64,000 nucleotides of DNA, from NCBI GenBank assembly GCA_004297735.1, contig SCTI01000001.1, positions 51,467 through 115,466 on the forward strand. The letters are read 5' to 3'. A program made the position numbers and the translations under genes. Below the pieces are notes generated by a model. That model searched no databases and was not told where the DNA came from. It worked only from the letters and a program-made list of their open reading frames with translations. Shown here one piece after another: positions 20,256-27,539 of the stretch (within the stretch, counting starts at the first letter, position 1; each line of letters begins with the position of its first letter). The DNA is from Patescibacteria group bacterium (GTDB taxonomy: Bacteria; Patescibacteriota; Saccharimonadia; UBA4664; SCTI01).

Positions 20256-20408
20256 GGTTTTCTTTGTTATTTAATGAGAGTCTGTCGCCAAACGGAGTCG
20301 ACTATGTCCGTGCGGTGCAGGCTTACCCATTCATTTGCAGGGGTCTTTGCGTCCGTCCATGGTGTTCGCCGAATGAGTGGCGCATGGATGCAAGGGACGA
20401 CCCGATGC
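20256..20408 (-). ncRNA. Candidate structured RNA or leader with a loop-loop (kissing) interaction
   Basis: Stems GGGTC/GACCC, TCCATG/CATGGA, CGCC/GGCG, TGCA/TGCA and ACGGA/TCCGT; loop ACTCATTC complementary to loop GAATGGGT; weak upstream promoter. Confidence 0.5.
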
Positions 20409-20466
20409 TGATATTTAAGCAAGAAAGTAGGGGAGTTTCAAGCGTTTACGGGTATAAGCGCAATAG

Positions 20467-20703
20467 CTAGTCACTAACTGTATGTATTGGCGGAATCGTT
20501 AGAGTAACGTCCATTAGGCTTGCGTACAGAATGGCAGTACGGAGTAGTTCTGGCTCATGAGCGAATGCGCCAAAGGTAAACATTGCGTAATCTAGCTTAT
20601 TTTTCCTGGCGTCTTGAATGAAGTCAATGTAGGTCCCAGCGTCATTTTCTTTTAGGTAGGCTTCACAGTCTTCTATGTTGTTGGGTAAATCAATTGAGCT
20701 CAT
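20467..20703 (-). CDS. Small hypothetical protein
   Basis: 78-aa ORF with AAGGA SD, downstream of the DHFR-family gene. Confidence 0.6.
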   Translation of the reverse strand: MSSIDLPNNIEDCEAYLKENDAGTYIDFIQDARKNKLDYAMFTFGAFAHEPELLRTAILYASLMDVTLTIPPIHTVSD

Positions 20704-20723
20704 ACTACTAGTTATCCTTTCGG

Positions 20724-21326
20724 TTAAAACGACCCTGTTTCTACCTTACCAGCCCGCTTGTAATTGGCAAAAATTACACCTTTGGGCGAGATCTTGGAAT
20801 CGGTCAGCTTAAACGCCGCCGGCATGGTGCCCTCGGCAAATAAACGCTTGCCTTCACCAAGGGTAATGGGGAAGACCTTGAGCCAGAACTCATCTACCAG
20901 GTCGTGTTTCAATAACGTCTGAATCATGTTCCCGCTACCGTGAACCTGCAGTACCGGTCCATTGCTCTGCTTCAGCTTCTTAAGCTTAGCAACCACATCG
21001 CCAGCAACCAGCACCGAGTTTTCCCATTCCAGTTTGGGCTTAGAAGCTGATAGTACGTACTTGGTCGCCTTATTAAAGGGCGCACCCAGCGTGTCCGGAC
21101 CCTGCTTCGGCCAATAATTGGCAAAAATATCGTAGGTCTTCCGGCCAAGCAGTAGATCATACGATCCATTCATTTGCTGGCTCATAACCTCACCAGAAAA
21201 ATCGTCCCAGTATGGAACAGTCCAGCCACCATACTTAAAGCCGCCACTGGTATCTTCGTCTGGCCCGCCCGGTGCCTGCATAACCCCGTCGAGGCTAAGA
21301 AAGGTGAGTACAATAATCTTTCTCAT
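20724..21326 (-). CDS. Dihydrofolate reductase / RibD C-terminal family protein
   Basis: FLSLDGVMQAPGG, LLLGRKTY, HGSG and GEGKRLF motifs. Confidence 0.92.
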   Translation of the reverse strand: MRKIIVLTFLSLDGVMQAPGGPDEDTSGGFKYGGWTVPYWDDFSGEVMSQQMNGSYDLLLGRKTYDIFANYWPKQGPDTLGAPFNKATKYVLSASKPKLEWENSVLVAGDVVAKLKKLKQSNGPVLQVHGSGNMIQTLLKHDLVDEFWLKVFPITLGEGKRLFAEGTMPAAFKLTDSKISPKGVIFANYKRAGKVETGSF

Positions 21327-21330
21327 ATAC

Positions 21331-21753
21331 TTACTCCTTCCATAATATCTTGCTGATAGGCCCGTTTTTAGACAGTAACTTAATATGGTCATACGACTGC
21401 TGCAAAATCTGCTCTAAGATTGGCAGCTCTACATCGCTCAGCTGCTTAATGTACAAACAGTACCCAGTAGAGGCATGCTTACCGAGCTTAGCCAGTAATT
21501 CGGAGTAGCGAGCAGTTCCGTCCATAAGGTAAACTGTAATCTTATTTTTTCTGGGGTAGAAGCCAATGACCAAGCCGTCACCTTCGCGCCCGCTGTCGTA
21601 CTTGTAATGATAGGTATCAAACCCGAGCGTGCCGGCATTCCATAGCTTAGGCTCATGTCCACTTATCCGTTGCATCATATCAGCTAGAACCGCGGAATCT
21701 TTGGCGGTCTGCTCATTAAGCGCCGCGAAGTACTTTTCGACTTTATCCTTCAA
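21331..21753 (-). CDS. DUF1801 (YdhG-like) protein
   Basis: GFDTYHYKYDSGREGD…GFYPRK…LGKH…CLYIKQLSDV. Confidence 0.88.
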   Translation of the reverse strand: MKDKVEKYFAALNEQTAKDSAVLADMMQRISGHEPKLWNAGTLGFDTYHYKYDSGREGDGLVIGFYPRKNKITVYLMDGTARYSELLAKLGKHASTGYCLYIKQLSDVELPILEQILQQSYDHIKLLSKNGPISKILWKE

Positions 21754-22123
21754 CTGCTACCTCAAACCCTCCATATGCCATTTTCTTCATATCAACCGGC
21801 ATGGAAAAATCGTTTTGTTCTTTATATTTTTCGCTCATTTCTTCCATTGCCTTTTTGTTTACTTCGTCGCGGTGCTCCTTGGAGTTGAAAACAATAAAAG
21901 AGAACCATACATTTTCATCATCACCGGCGTCGGCCATGTCGGCAAAAGCGCGTGATTTTTCGTCACCCACCACTTGCTGCTTGAGGTCATCACCGCGACA
22001 CTCAAAATACTGAAGCGCACCATGCTTCATCCAAGCGTCACGCCCATCCTCGGCCATTTTCTCATACTCTGTTTCTTTGCCCTTAGGCACTACCAGTACA
22101 AAACCATCAACATATTTAGCCAT
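21743..22123 (-). CDS. DUF1428 (YbaA-like) protein
   Basis: YVDGFVLVVP…WMKHGAL…KKMAYGGF. Confidence 0.9.
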   Translation of the reverse strand: MAKYVDGFVLVVPKGKETEYEKMAEDGRDAWMKHGALQYFECRGDDLKQQVVGDEKSRAFADMADAGDDENVWFSFIVFNSKEHRDEVNKKAMEEMSEKYKEQNDFSMPVDMKKMAYGGFEVAVEG

Positions 22124-22204
22124 CCCCACACTCCTTTTTTATAAAGTGACCTTCTTAAATAAGTTTAACATTTACTCCATATACTTTGCATATTGGAGGT
22201 AAAC

Positions 22205-22225
22205 AAAAAGAGTACCGAAGTGCTC
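22205..22225 (-). terminator. Intrinsic terminator with UUCG loop
   Basis: GAGCAC-TTCG-GTACTC-TTTTT on the minus strand. Confidence 0.7.
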
Positions 22226-22371
22226 GATAATTCCTGGTGTTAGCGACTCAGTAAGCGAGGCGTCATTGCCTTTGGCTGAAGTTTATTTTGAGTAGCTGTG
22301 TTCGTGGGCCAATTGTACGCCCGTGACAATCGTGTTGTGCATGGAGGTAAAAATTAACAAAATATTTCAGC

Positions 22372-23448
22372 TTATGCTTGTGCTGGTCCTCTCCATCGAT
22401 AAGCTCGTCTAAATCCAGCATCCTCAGCCTCCTTAACCGTCTTGGCATAGAATTCACCTCGTTTTGGGGTGATTTTTGCCTTGTCATATTGTTGGTCAAA
22501 CGGCAAGTGGTATATCTTGTCTCGCTTATTAGATATATTGCACTTGATGCAGGGGTAGTTCTTGTTCATTTTAAAGTTTTCTTTTAATTCAATTTTTAGC
22601 TCTTTTGCAAATCTTTTTGCTAAATCCGATAGTGTTGTCGATGTTGCGAAAACAGCTTTAACGGACCTGCCCTTATTTGCATCTCGATACTGGAAAACTG
22701 TGCCAAAAAACTGAAATATATGCTTTTCATAAATGACTTTGAATTTTGACCAATTCTTGCATTGTACGACTACTATTTCATTTTCCTTGCTTGCAATAAT
22801 ATCCCTGCCCAAATCTTCCAGCCCCTTGAATATGCCGACATATTCAACCTCATATCCTTTAGATTCGTAAGTATAGCCTACGTATCTTTCATACATCTTC
22901 CCGATTTGCCATTTGCTTTTTGGCCTGCTCCAATATCTATCAAGAGCCAATTGATTCCTCTCCGTGGTGCTTAGTTTTCTGTACTCCTTTTTTGAAACAT
23001 AATTAGTAACCTTATCTTCCAGCTCCTCCTCGCTGTAGTCCGCAAGAATCCTCCTATCTTCTTCGGATATATTGTCAACCTCTTCCTTGAGGTCGATAAG
23101 AAAAGGGGCAACACTTTCATAGTACGCAACAAGGTACTCAAGAATCTTTTTGTCTGAGATTGCCCTTCTCCTTTCCCGCGCCATATTTGCGACTACCTCG
23201 CTTGCCCGAACTGCGGGTACGTGCTTGTATTTTAAGAAGTCAACCAAATTTTGATCTTGAAGTTGCTGGTAATACTCAAATGCACTTGCTAAAGTAGGAA
23301 AACCAATCTGCCTCTCCTTTATAATTTGCTCTAAGTCTTTCTTTTGGTCTCGGATATGCTCTAAGTATTCTTGTGCTTGTTCGCGAACTTCATGCCATTC
23401 ACTTATTGTCTGCTGCAATTCTGCCCGTACATCTTCGTAGTACCCCAT
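22372..23448 (-). CDS. Mrr-like (type IV restriction) PD-(D/E)XK endonuclease with coiled-coil N-terminus and small C-terminal Cys/His domain
   Basis: YERYV…GYEV…DLGRDII…VVVQCKNW; C-terminal CIKCNIS…KIYHLP…EAEDAGFRRA. Confidence 0.8.
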   Translation of the reverse strand: MGYYEDVRAELQQTISEWHEVREQAQEYLEHIRDQKKDLEQIIKERQIGFPTLASAFEYYQQLQDQNLVDFLKYKHVPAVRASEVVANMARERRRAISDKKILEYLVAYYESVAPFLIDLKEEVDNISEEDRRILADYSEEELEDKVTNYVSKKEYRKLSTTERNQLALDRYWSRPKSKWQIGKMYERYVGYTYESKGYEVEYVGIFKGLEDLGRDIIASKENEIVVVQCKNWSKFKVIYEKHIFQFFGTVFQYRDANKGRSVKAVFATSTTLSDLAKRFAKELKIELKENFKMNKNYPCIKCNISNKRDKIYHLPFDQQYDKAKITPKRGEFYAKTVKEAEDAGFRRAYRWRGPAQA

Positions 23449-23903
23449 TATTTATATGCCTTTTCGAAATCTTCAATAAATAAGTCATTATAATAGGCTT
23501 TAATGTCCTTTTTAGCAGTAACGTTTACCCATTCCTTGTCTCTGGTGCATGAGCAATTAGGGTATCTGTTGCAACCCAAGAATTCACCATACATCCCGTC
23601 CCTTTTAACCATATAGCCTGTCTTACATTCAGGACAACTCCTATTTATCCTATGTATGCTTTTAGCAATTTTGGCTTCCTCGTATTCGTACGAATTTACA
23701 TATTCGTCACGCATTGATTCAATCTCTTTTTTAAGCTCCGCTAGAGATGTTGATGAAATGAAATTAGTTTTCAATAACTCTCTAGTAAGAAGTGACTTCT
23801 TTTTTTCATGGCGCCTTTTAGCATACTCGTCGAATAAGTCTATTAGCCAGCCTATTATTGTTAGGATTAGGAAAATACCTATAAGTATGATAAAAGGCTC
23901 CAT
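23448..23903 (-). CDS. Membrane-anchored protein with topoisomerase-type C4 zinc ribbon
   Basis: N-terminal TM; CPECKTGYMVKRDGMYGEFLGCNRYPNC. Confidence 0.82.
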   Translation of the reverse strand: MEPFIILIGIFLILTIIGWLIDLFDEYAKRRHEKKKSLLTRELLKTNFISSTSLAELKKEIESMRDEYVNSYEYEEAKIAKSIHRINRSCPECKTGYMVKRDGMYGEFLGCNRYPNCSCTRDKEWVNVTAKKDIKAYYNDLFIEDFEKAYK

Positions 23904-24013
23904 ACCGCTTCCTCCAAGATAAATATACCACTGTATCACGCTTTAAAGTTGGTTTTTAAGCAAGATTAACCGGTGGAATACTAGATGTAATCACCGAAGC
24001 GTCAAATAATTCC

Positions 24014-24089
24014 TGGTGCGGGTACAGGGACTCTAACCCTGGGCCTCTTCCTTGGCAAGGAAGCGCTCTAACAGCTGAGCTACACCCGC
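24014..24089 (-). tRNA. tRNA-Gly(GCC)
   Basis: 76-nt cloverleaf, CTTCC-TTGCCAA-GGAAG anticodon arm; atypical T-loop TTAGAGT. Confidence 0.93.
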
Positions 24090-24097
24090 ATGTAATT

Positions 24098-24173
24098 TGG
24101 TGGCGAGACTCGGACTCGAACCGAGGACACGAGGCTCTTCAGGCCACTGCTCTACCAACTGAGCTATCTCGCC
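24098..24173 (-). tRNA. tRNA-Phe(GAA)
   Basis: 76-nt cloverleaf, anticodon loop CTGAAGA, CCA. Confidence 0.96.
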
Positions 24174-24235
24174 AGGGCTGGTATGACCTCAGTATTCTAG
24201 AGGAAAAAACGGTTTAATTCAACAGTTTTGGGAGA

Positions 24236-24637
24236 CTAGCTAACCTTAACGCCGCAGTGCTTACAGCGCTTAGCTTTGGCTGGGATCATACTCAGGCATT
24301 CGGGGCACTCTTTTTCGCCCGTACCGACCTCCTGGCCGCGCTTGGCTCGGTTGATTAGGTGATTCATTGGCTTAACCACGCCAAAAAAGATAACAGCGGC
24401 AATTATAAGGAAGGCGATGAGGGCGTTGAGGAACTTGCCGTACATGATGGCGCTGCCGTTAATGGTGAGCTTGAGGGCGGAGAAGTCGGGTTGGCCGCCA
24501 ACCGCGGCGATCAGCGGGGTGATGACGTCTTCGACCAGGCTGGTCACGATGGTGCCAAAGGCGGCACCAATAACGACACCGACGGCTAGGTCGACCACGT
24601 TGCCACGGAGTAAGAACTGTTTGAACTCTTTAAGCAT
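24236..24637 (-). CDS. mscL: Large-conductance mechanosensitive channel with C-terminal Zn-ribbon
   Basis: MLKEFKQFLLRGNVVDLAVGVVIGAAF; CPEC…CKHC tail. Confidence 0.95.
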   Translation of the reverse strand: MLKEFKQFLLRGNVVDLAVGVVIGAAFGTIVTSLVEDVITPLIAAVGGQPDFSALKLTINGSAIMYGKFLNALIAFLIIAAVIFFGVVKPMNHLINRAKRGQEVGTGEKECPECLSMIPAKAKRCKHCGVKVS

Positions 24638-24664
24638 GAGTTTAGTATAGCGCAAAATAAGGAC

Positions 24665-24741
24665 TGGTGGGCGCTGAGGGACTCGAACCCCCGACCCTCT
24701 CGGTGTAAACGAGATGCTCTAGCCAACTGAGCTAAGCGCCC
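24665..24741 (-). tRNA. tRNA-Val(TAC)
   Basis: 77-nt cloverleaf, TCTCG-TTTACAC-CGAGA anticodon arm, CCA. Confidence 0.97.
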
Positions 24742-24853
24742 GGGTCGATTACGACCAGGGAATAGTAGCAAATATTGGGGCAATAATCAATCCTGGCTGG
24801 TTAAAATGAAGCGCCACCCTCCGAATCCGTTCAGAGGGTGGCGTGAGCCGCGG

Positions 24854-25258
24854 TTAGGCGGCGACGAGTTCGGCCTCGAGCTTCTTGTTGCGGGGAGGGT
24901 GGGCCGCGGTGATCAGCTTGCGGAACATCTGTTCGATGCTACGCCGGTTGCTGGTGTCGCTGCAGCGGTCGAAGAGATCGGCGGTCATCAGGAACTGGGG
25001 GCGGTTACCCCGGTGTAGACGCACCGGCATGCCGTCGGCGCGAGTCAGGGTGCCAGAGACGAGAATTTCGTCACCTGGCACTCCCACAATGATGCGGCCA
25101 GTCCCTCGGCCCGCGATTTCGAAAACGAAGCTGACTTGGTTGTCGGTACCGCTCGCTTCATCTGGCTTGATCTCCGTCTGGAGATCCTCGGCGGCCAGAA
25201 TGGCCAGCCGGATGAGGCGTTCGCTACGGGTTTCTGCTTTGCTCGTCGGTGTGGGCAT
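24854..25258 (-). CDS. Orphan hypothetical protein
   Basis: AGGAGG SD, TTGCGC-N17-CATTAT promoter, 3' hairpin at 24812-24843. Confidence 0.7.
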   Translation of the reverse strand: MPTPTSKAETRSERLIRLAILAAEDLQTEIKPDEASGTDNQVSFVFEIAGRGTGRIIVGVPGDEILVSGTLTRADGMPVRLHRGNRPQFLMTADLFDRCSDTSNRRSIEQMFRKLITAAHPPRNKKLEAELVAA

Positions 25259-25388
25259 GTTGCCTCCTGGCGAGTTGGGAACAGTATCTGTATAATGACA
25301 TATTGACTCAAATTGCGCAAGTCGATTTGGGGTTGCTGACAACAGGTTAGAACCCATGTATAATTTGGGAGTTCCTCGAAAAGCTTAT

Positions 25389-25462
25389 GGCACCTTGGCG
25401 GAGTGGTTACGCAGAGGTCTGCAAAACCTTTTACACCGGTTCAATTCCGGTAGGTGCCTCCA
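25389..25462 (+). tRNA. tRNA-Cys(GCA)
   Basis: 74 nt, GAGGT-CTGCAAA-ACCTT anticodon arm, U73-CCA. Confidence 0.96.
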
Positions 25463-25477
25463 TTAATTATATTGTCC

Positions 25478-25563
25478 GGGAGAGTGGTGGAATGGTATAC
25501 ACGACGGACTTAAAATCCGTTGCCTTTACGGGCTTGAGGGTTCGAGTCCCTCCTCTCCCACCA
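25478..25563 (+). tRNA. tRNA-Leu(TAA)
   Basis: ACGGA-CTTAAAA-TCCGT anticodon arm, long variable arm, CCA. Confidence 0.96.
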
Positions 25564-25598
25564 GGAATTATTCATTAATTGCGATTGCAGGCTGCATA

Positions 25599-25653
25599 TA
25601 TTAAGGTAGAGCTACTTCTAACATTCTAGGTGAGAGAAAGTTGGTGGAGCACA
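25599..25653 (+). repeat. 55-bp exact repeat, copy 1 (promoter -10, leader and RBS)
   Basis: TATTAAGGTAGAGCTACTTCTAACATTCTAGGTGAGAGAAAGTTGGTGGAGCACA is identical to 27485-27539. Confidence 0.95.
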
Positions 25654-26210
25654 TGAGCTACCGGCTCACGGAAGATCAGTGGCGCATTGTGCTGCTGATT
25701 TGGGATCGCAAAAAGAAGGGTCGGCATCCAGCGCAACCCTTTGACTTGGCCGCCCAGCTTGGCCTGAGCCGAATGAGCGTGTTACGCGATCTTGGATATC
25801 TGGTAAGTCTCGAAATCGTAAAACAAGATGTCGGCTATCAGTGTCACCCAGCAAAGCGTTGGCCTTCCGAAGAGATGTTGTGCCTCATGGAGGCTTGGCG
25901 AGTTGGAGTGAGCATTGACGAACAGGGCGAGGCCGACGTGGTCGCGGTGTATCTCACACAGCAAAATCAACTTCGGTTTCAAAATGGGCAAAAAATGTTT
26001 CGAGGATTTGTCGCTCAAGCTATAGGCGAAACTAAACGGGCTGAAAATCCACTCGAACATCTTGTCCAGCAGGCGGCCATTCAGCCATCATGCCCGGCTG
26101 ACATTGTTCGTCGAGCAGCTTACCAGGCGGCGATTGAGTACTGGCAGATTAGGCCGCTGCCTAATGGCACGGTTTTTGACAGCGCGGAAGGTGGAGCACA
26201 TGGCGTTTAA
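25653..26210 (+). CDS. Orphan protein with N-terminal winged HTH
   Basis: LTEDQWRIVLLI…DLAAQLGLSRMSVLRDLGYLVSLEIVK. Confidence 0.72.
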   Translation: MSYRLTEDQWRIVLLIWDRKKKGRHPAQPFDLAAQLGLSRMSVLRDLGYLVSLEIVKQDVGYQCHPAKRWPSEEMLCLMEAWRVGVSIDEQGEADVVAVYLTQQNQLRFQNGQKMFRGFVAQAIGETKRAENPLEHLVQQAAIQPSCPADIVRRAAYQAAIEYWQIRPLPNGTVFDSAEGGAHGV

Positions 26211-26793
26211 GCTGAATAAGGGTTACGAAGCAATCCTGGTAGCGATAGATCAGCAGCGCCGACCACTAAGCTTAAAAGAGCTTGAACTGCTGACAAACTT
26301 AAAGCCTCAGTCTCTCAGGGCGTACTGCAAGAAGCTGGTTAGAGAGAAGTACCTGGTGTATAACCACGCAACCCTTCGCTACTCAGAGGGTGAGCTCTTT
26401 CCACCCGTTATCAAGATGGAAAAAATAACGAAGCGGTTGGAGGCTTGGCGGGAGCAGGACCCCAGCTTCCATCCCGTAGCCTTTGAGCTGATGTTCAAGC
26501 ACGGTGGTGGATACGACTACGACTTGCGTCAGGATTTTCTGCGGCGACTGCGCGAACTGCTGCGTCCAGCGGAGGTGGCCGGATATGAGCCTGATTCGCT
26601 AGGCGAACCGCTCGTGCCGGCAGGCTGCAGTCCAGAGACCGAGCTGGTTTACCGGCGCGCTCACGAAGTGGTAAGCGATTGGCTGAGTCAGCGAATTGAC
26701 GTGGGTTCCGGGTTAGATCATGACCCCGGGCCGGAAGACGCGCCGCTGCGTGACGACGAGCCATGGTTCCCGGTTCCGCTGGAAGAAGAGTGA
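26200..26793 (+). CDS. Orphan protein with N-terminal IclR-like winged HTH
   Basis: ILVAI…PLSLKELELLTNLKPQSLRAYCKKLVREKYL…RYSEG; GGTGGAG SD; 3' hairpin at 26799-26827. Confidence 0.72.
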   Translation: MAFKLNKGYEAILVAIDQQRRPLSLKELELLTNLKPQSLRAYCKKLVREKYLVYNHATLRYSEGELFPPVIKMEKITKRLEAWREQDPSFHPVAFELMFKHGGGYDYDLRQDFLRRLRELLRPAEVAGYEPDSLGEPLVPAGCSPETELVYRRAHEVVSDWLSQRIDVGSGLDHDPGPEDAPLRDDEPWFPVPLEEE

Positions 26794-26899
26794 CGAAAGG
26801 CGGCCTCGCATAGTCTGTGAGGCCGCCAGGATTGCAATTATTTTATTTGATGGTACTTTATAAAGCATCAGTATCAACCTTCTACAGATGGGTAAGAAG

Positions 26900-27202
26900 A
26901 TGATTCGACGACTGATTGACAACGTGTTGGTGCATGTCTTTTGCACCGCGGCGGTCGAGGTTTGCTTGGAGGCTTACGACGGGCGCGCACACCCCGACTA
27001 CTTGGGCCCGCTGCAGGCCAGGCTGCTGCGCCCGATGACCCGCTTGAATCTGCTTGTCTACGAGATGAACTGCAGCAACGAGCGCATGGAGTGGTCCCAG
27101 GCGGAGTTCCCGTACGGCAACGAGGAGCTGCGAAGGCGCCTCTTTGATTCCAGCTTCTGGGCTAAGGATCTGGCGTTTCGGGTTCGCTTGGCGTTCGCAT
27201 GA
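26900..27202 (+). CDS. Orphan hypothetical protein
   Basis: Own TTGCAA-N16-TACTTT promoter; start may be 26888 or 26900. Confidence 0.6.
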   Translation: MIRRLIDNVLVHVFCTAAVEVCLEAYDGRAHPDYLGPLQARLLRPMTRLNLLVYEMNCSNERMEWSQAEFPYGNEELRRRLFDSSFWAKDLAFRVRLAFA

Positions 27203-27417
27203 GTGTGCCGGAGTTGGCCGAAGGACATCAGCTCATCCTTAATGAGCTTAAAGAAGCGGGCAGCTGCGGCCGTCGGCTTACCGAGCTCGTTAAGTTGTTC
27301 GACGGTGATTTTGAGACGCTTGTTCGGTGCCGAGACCAGCTTATTGAATGGGGGCTGGTAAGGCGAGAAGGTGACTGCTCCACATCGAGCTTCGTACTGT
27401 CGGATAACGGCAAGTGA
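27199..27417 (+). CDS. Small winged-HTH-like protein
   Basis: ATGA coupling; LILNELK…LTELVK…LVRCRDQLIEWGLVRREG; 3' hairpin at 27416-27439. Confidence 0.6.
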   Translation: MSVPELAEGHQLILNELKEAGSCGRRLTELVKLFDGDFETLVRCRDQLIEWGLVRREGDCSTSSFVLSDNGK

Positions 27418-27484
27418 CCCCGGCGATTGGGCCGGGGTCGTTTTACGGAATTATATGGTTTTTGTTGTTTGCATCCAGTAGTTG

Positions 27485-27539
27485 TATTAAGGTAGAGCTA
27501 CTTCTAACATTCTAGGTGAGAGAAAGTTGGTGGAGCACA
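27485..27539 (+). repeat. 55-bp exact repeat, copy 2
   Basis: Identical to 25599-25653. Confidence 0.95.

Larger units (their letters stand above)
22227..24018 (-). mobile_element. AT-rich two-gene island downstream of tRNA-Gly, bounded by the 13-bp direct repeat CACCAGGAATTAT
   Basis: Repeat at 22227-22239 and 24006-24018, the latter overlapping the tRNA 3' end; visibly lower GC; no integrase inside. Confidence 0.6.

Noticed and set aside
24101-24111. 11-nt identity (GAGTCTCGCCA) between the tRNA-Phe 3' end and the mini-RNA arm
   Set aside because: An 11-mer match to some part of a 72-nt RNA is expected by chance in 64 kb on two strands; noted because it also tempers other short matches to this loop
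25599-27539. The 55-bp repeat pair as a CRISPR array or IS ends
   Set aside because: Only two copies, 1.9 kb apart, in direct orientation, with no cas or transposase genes
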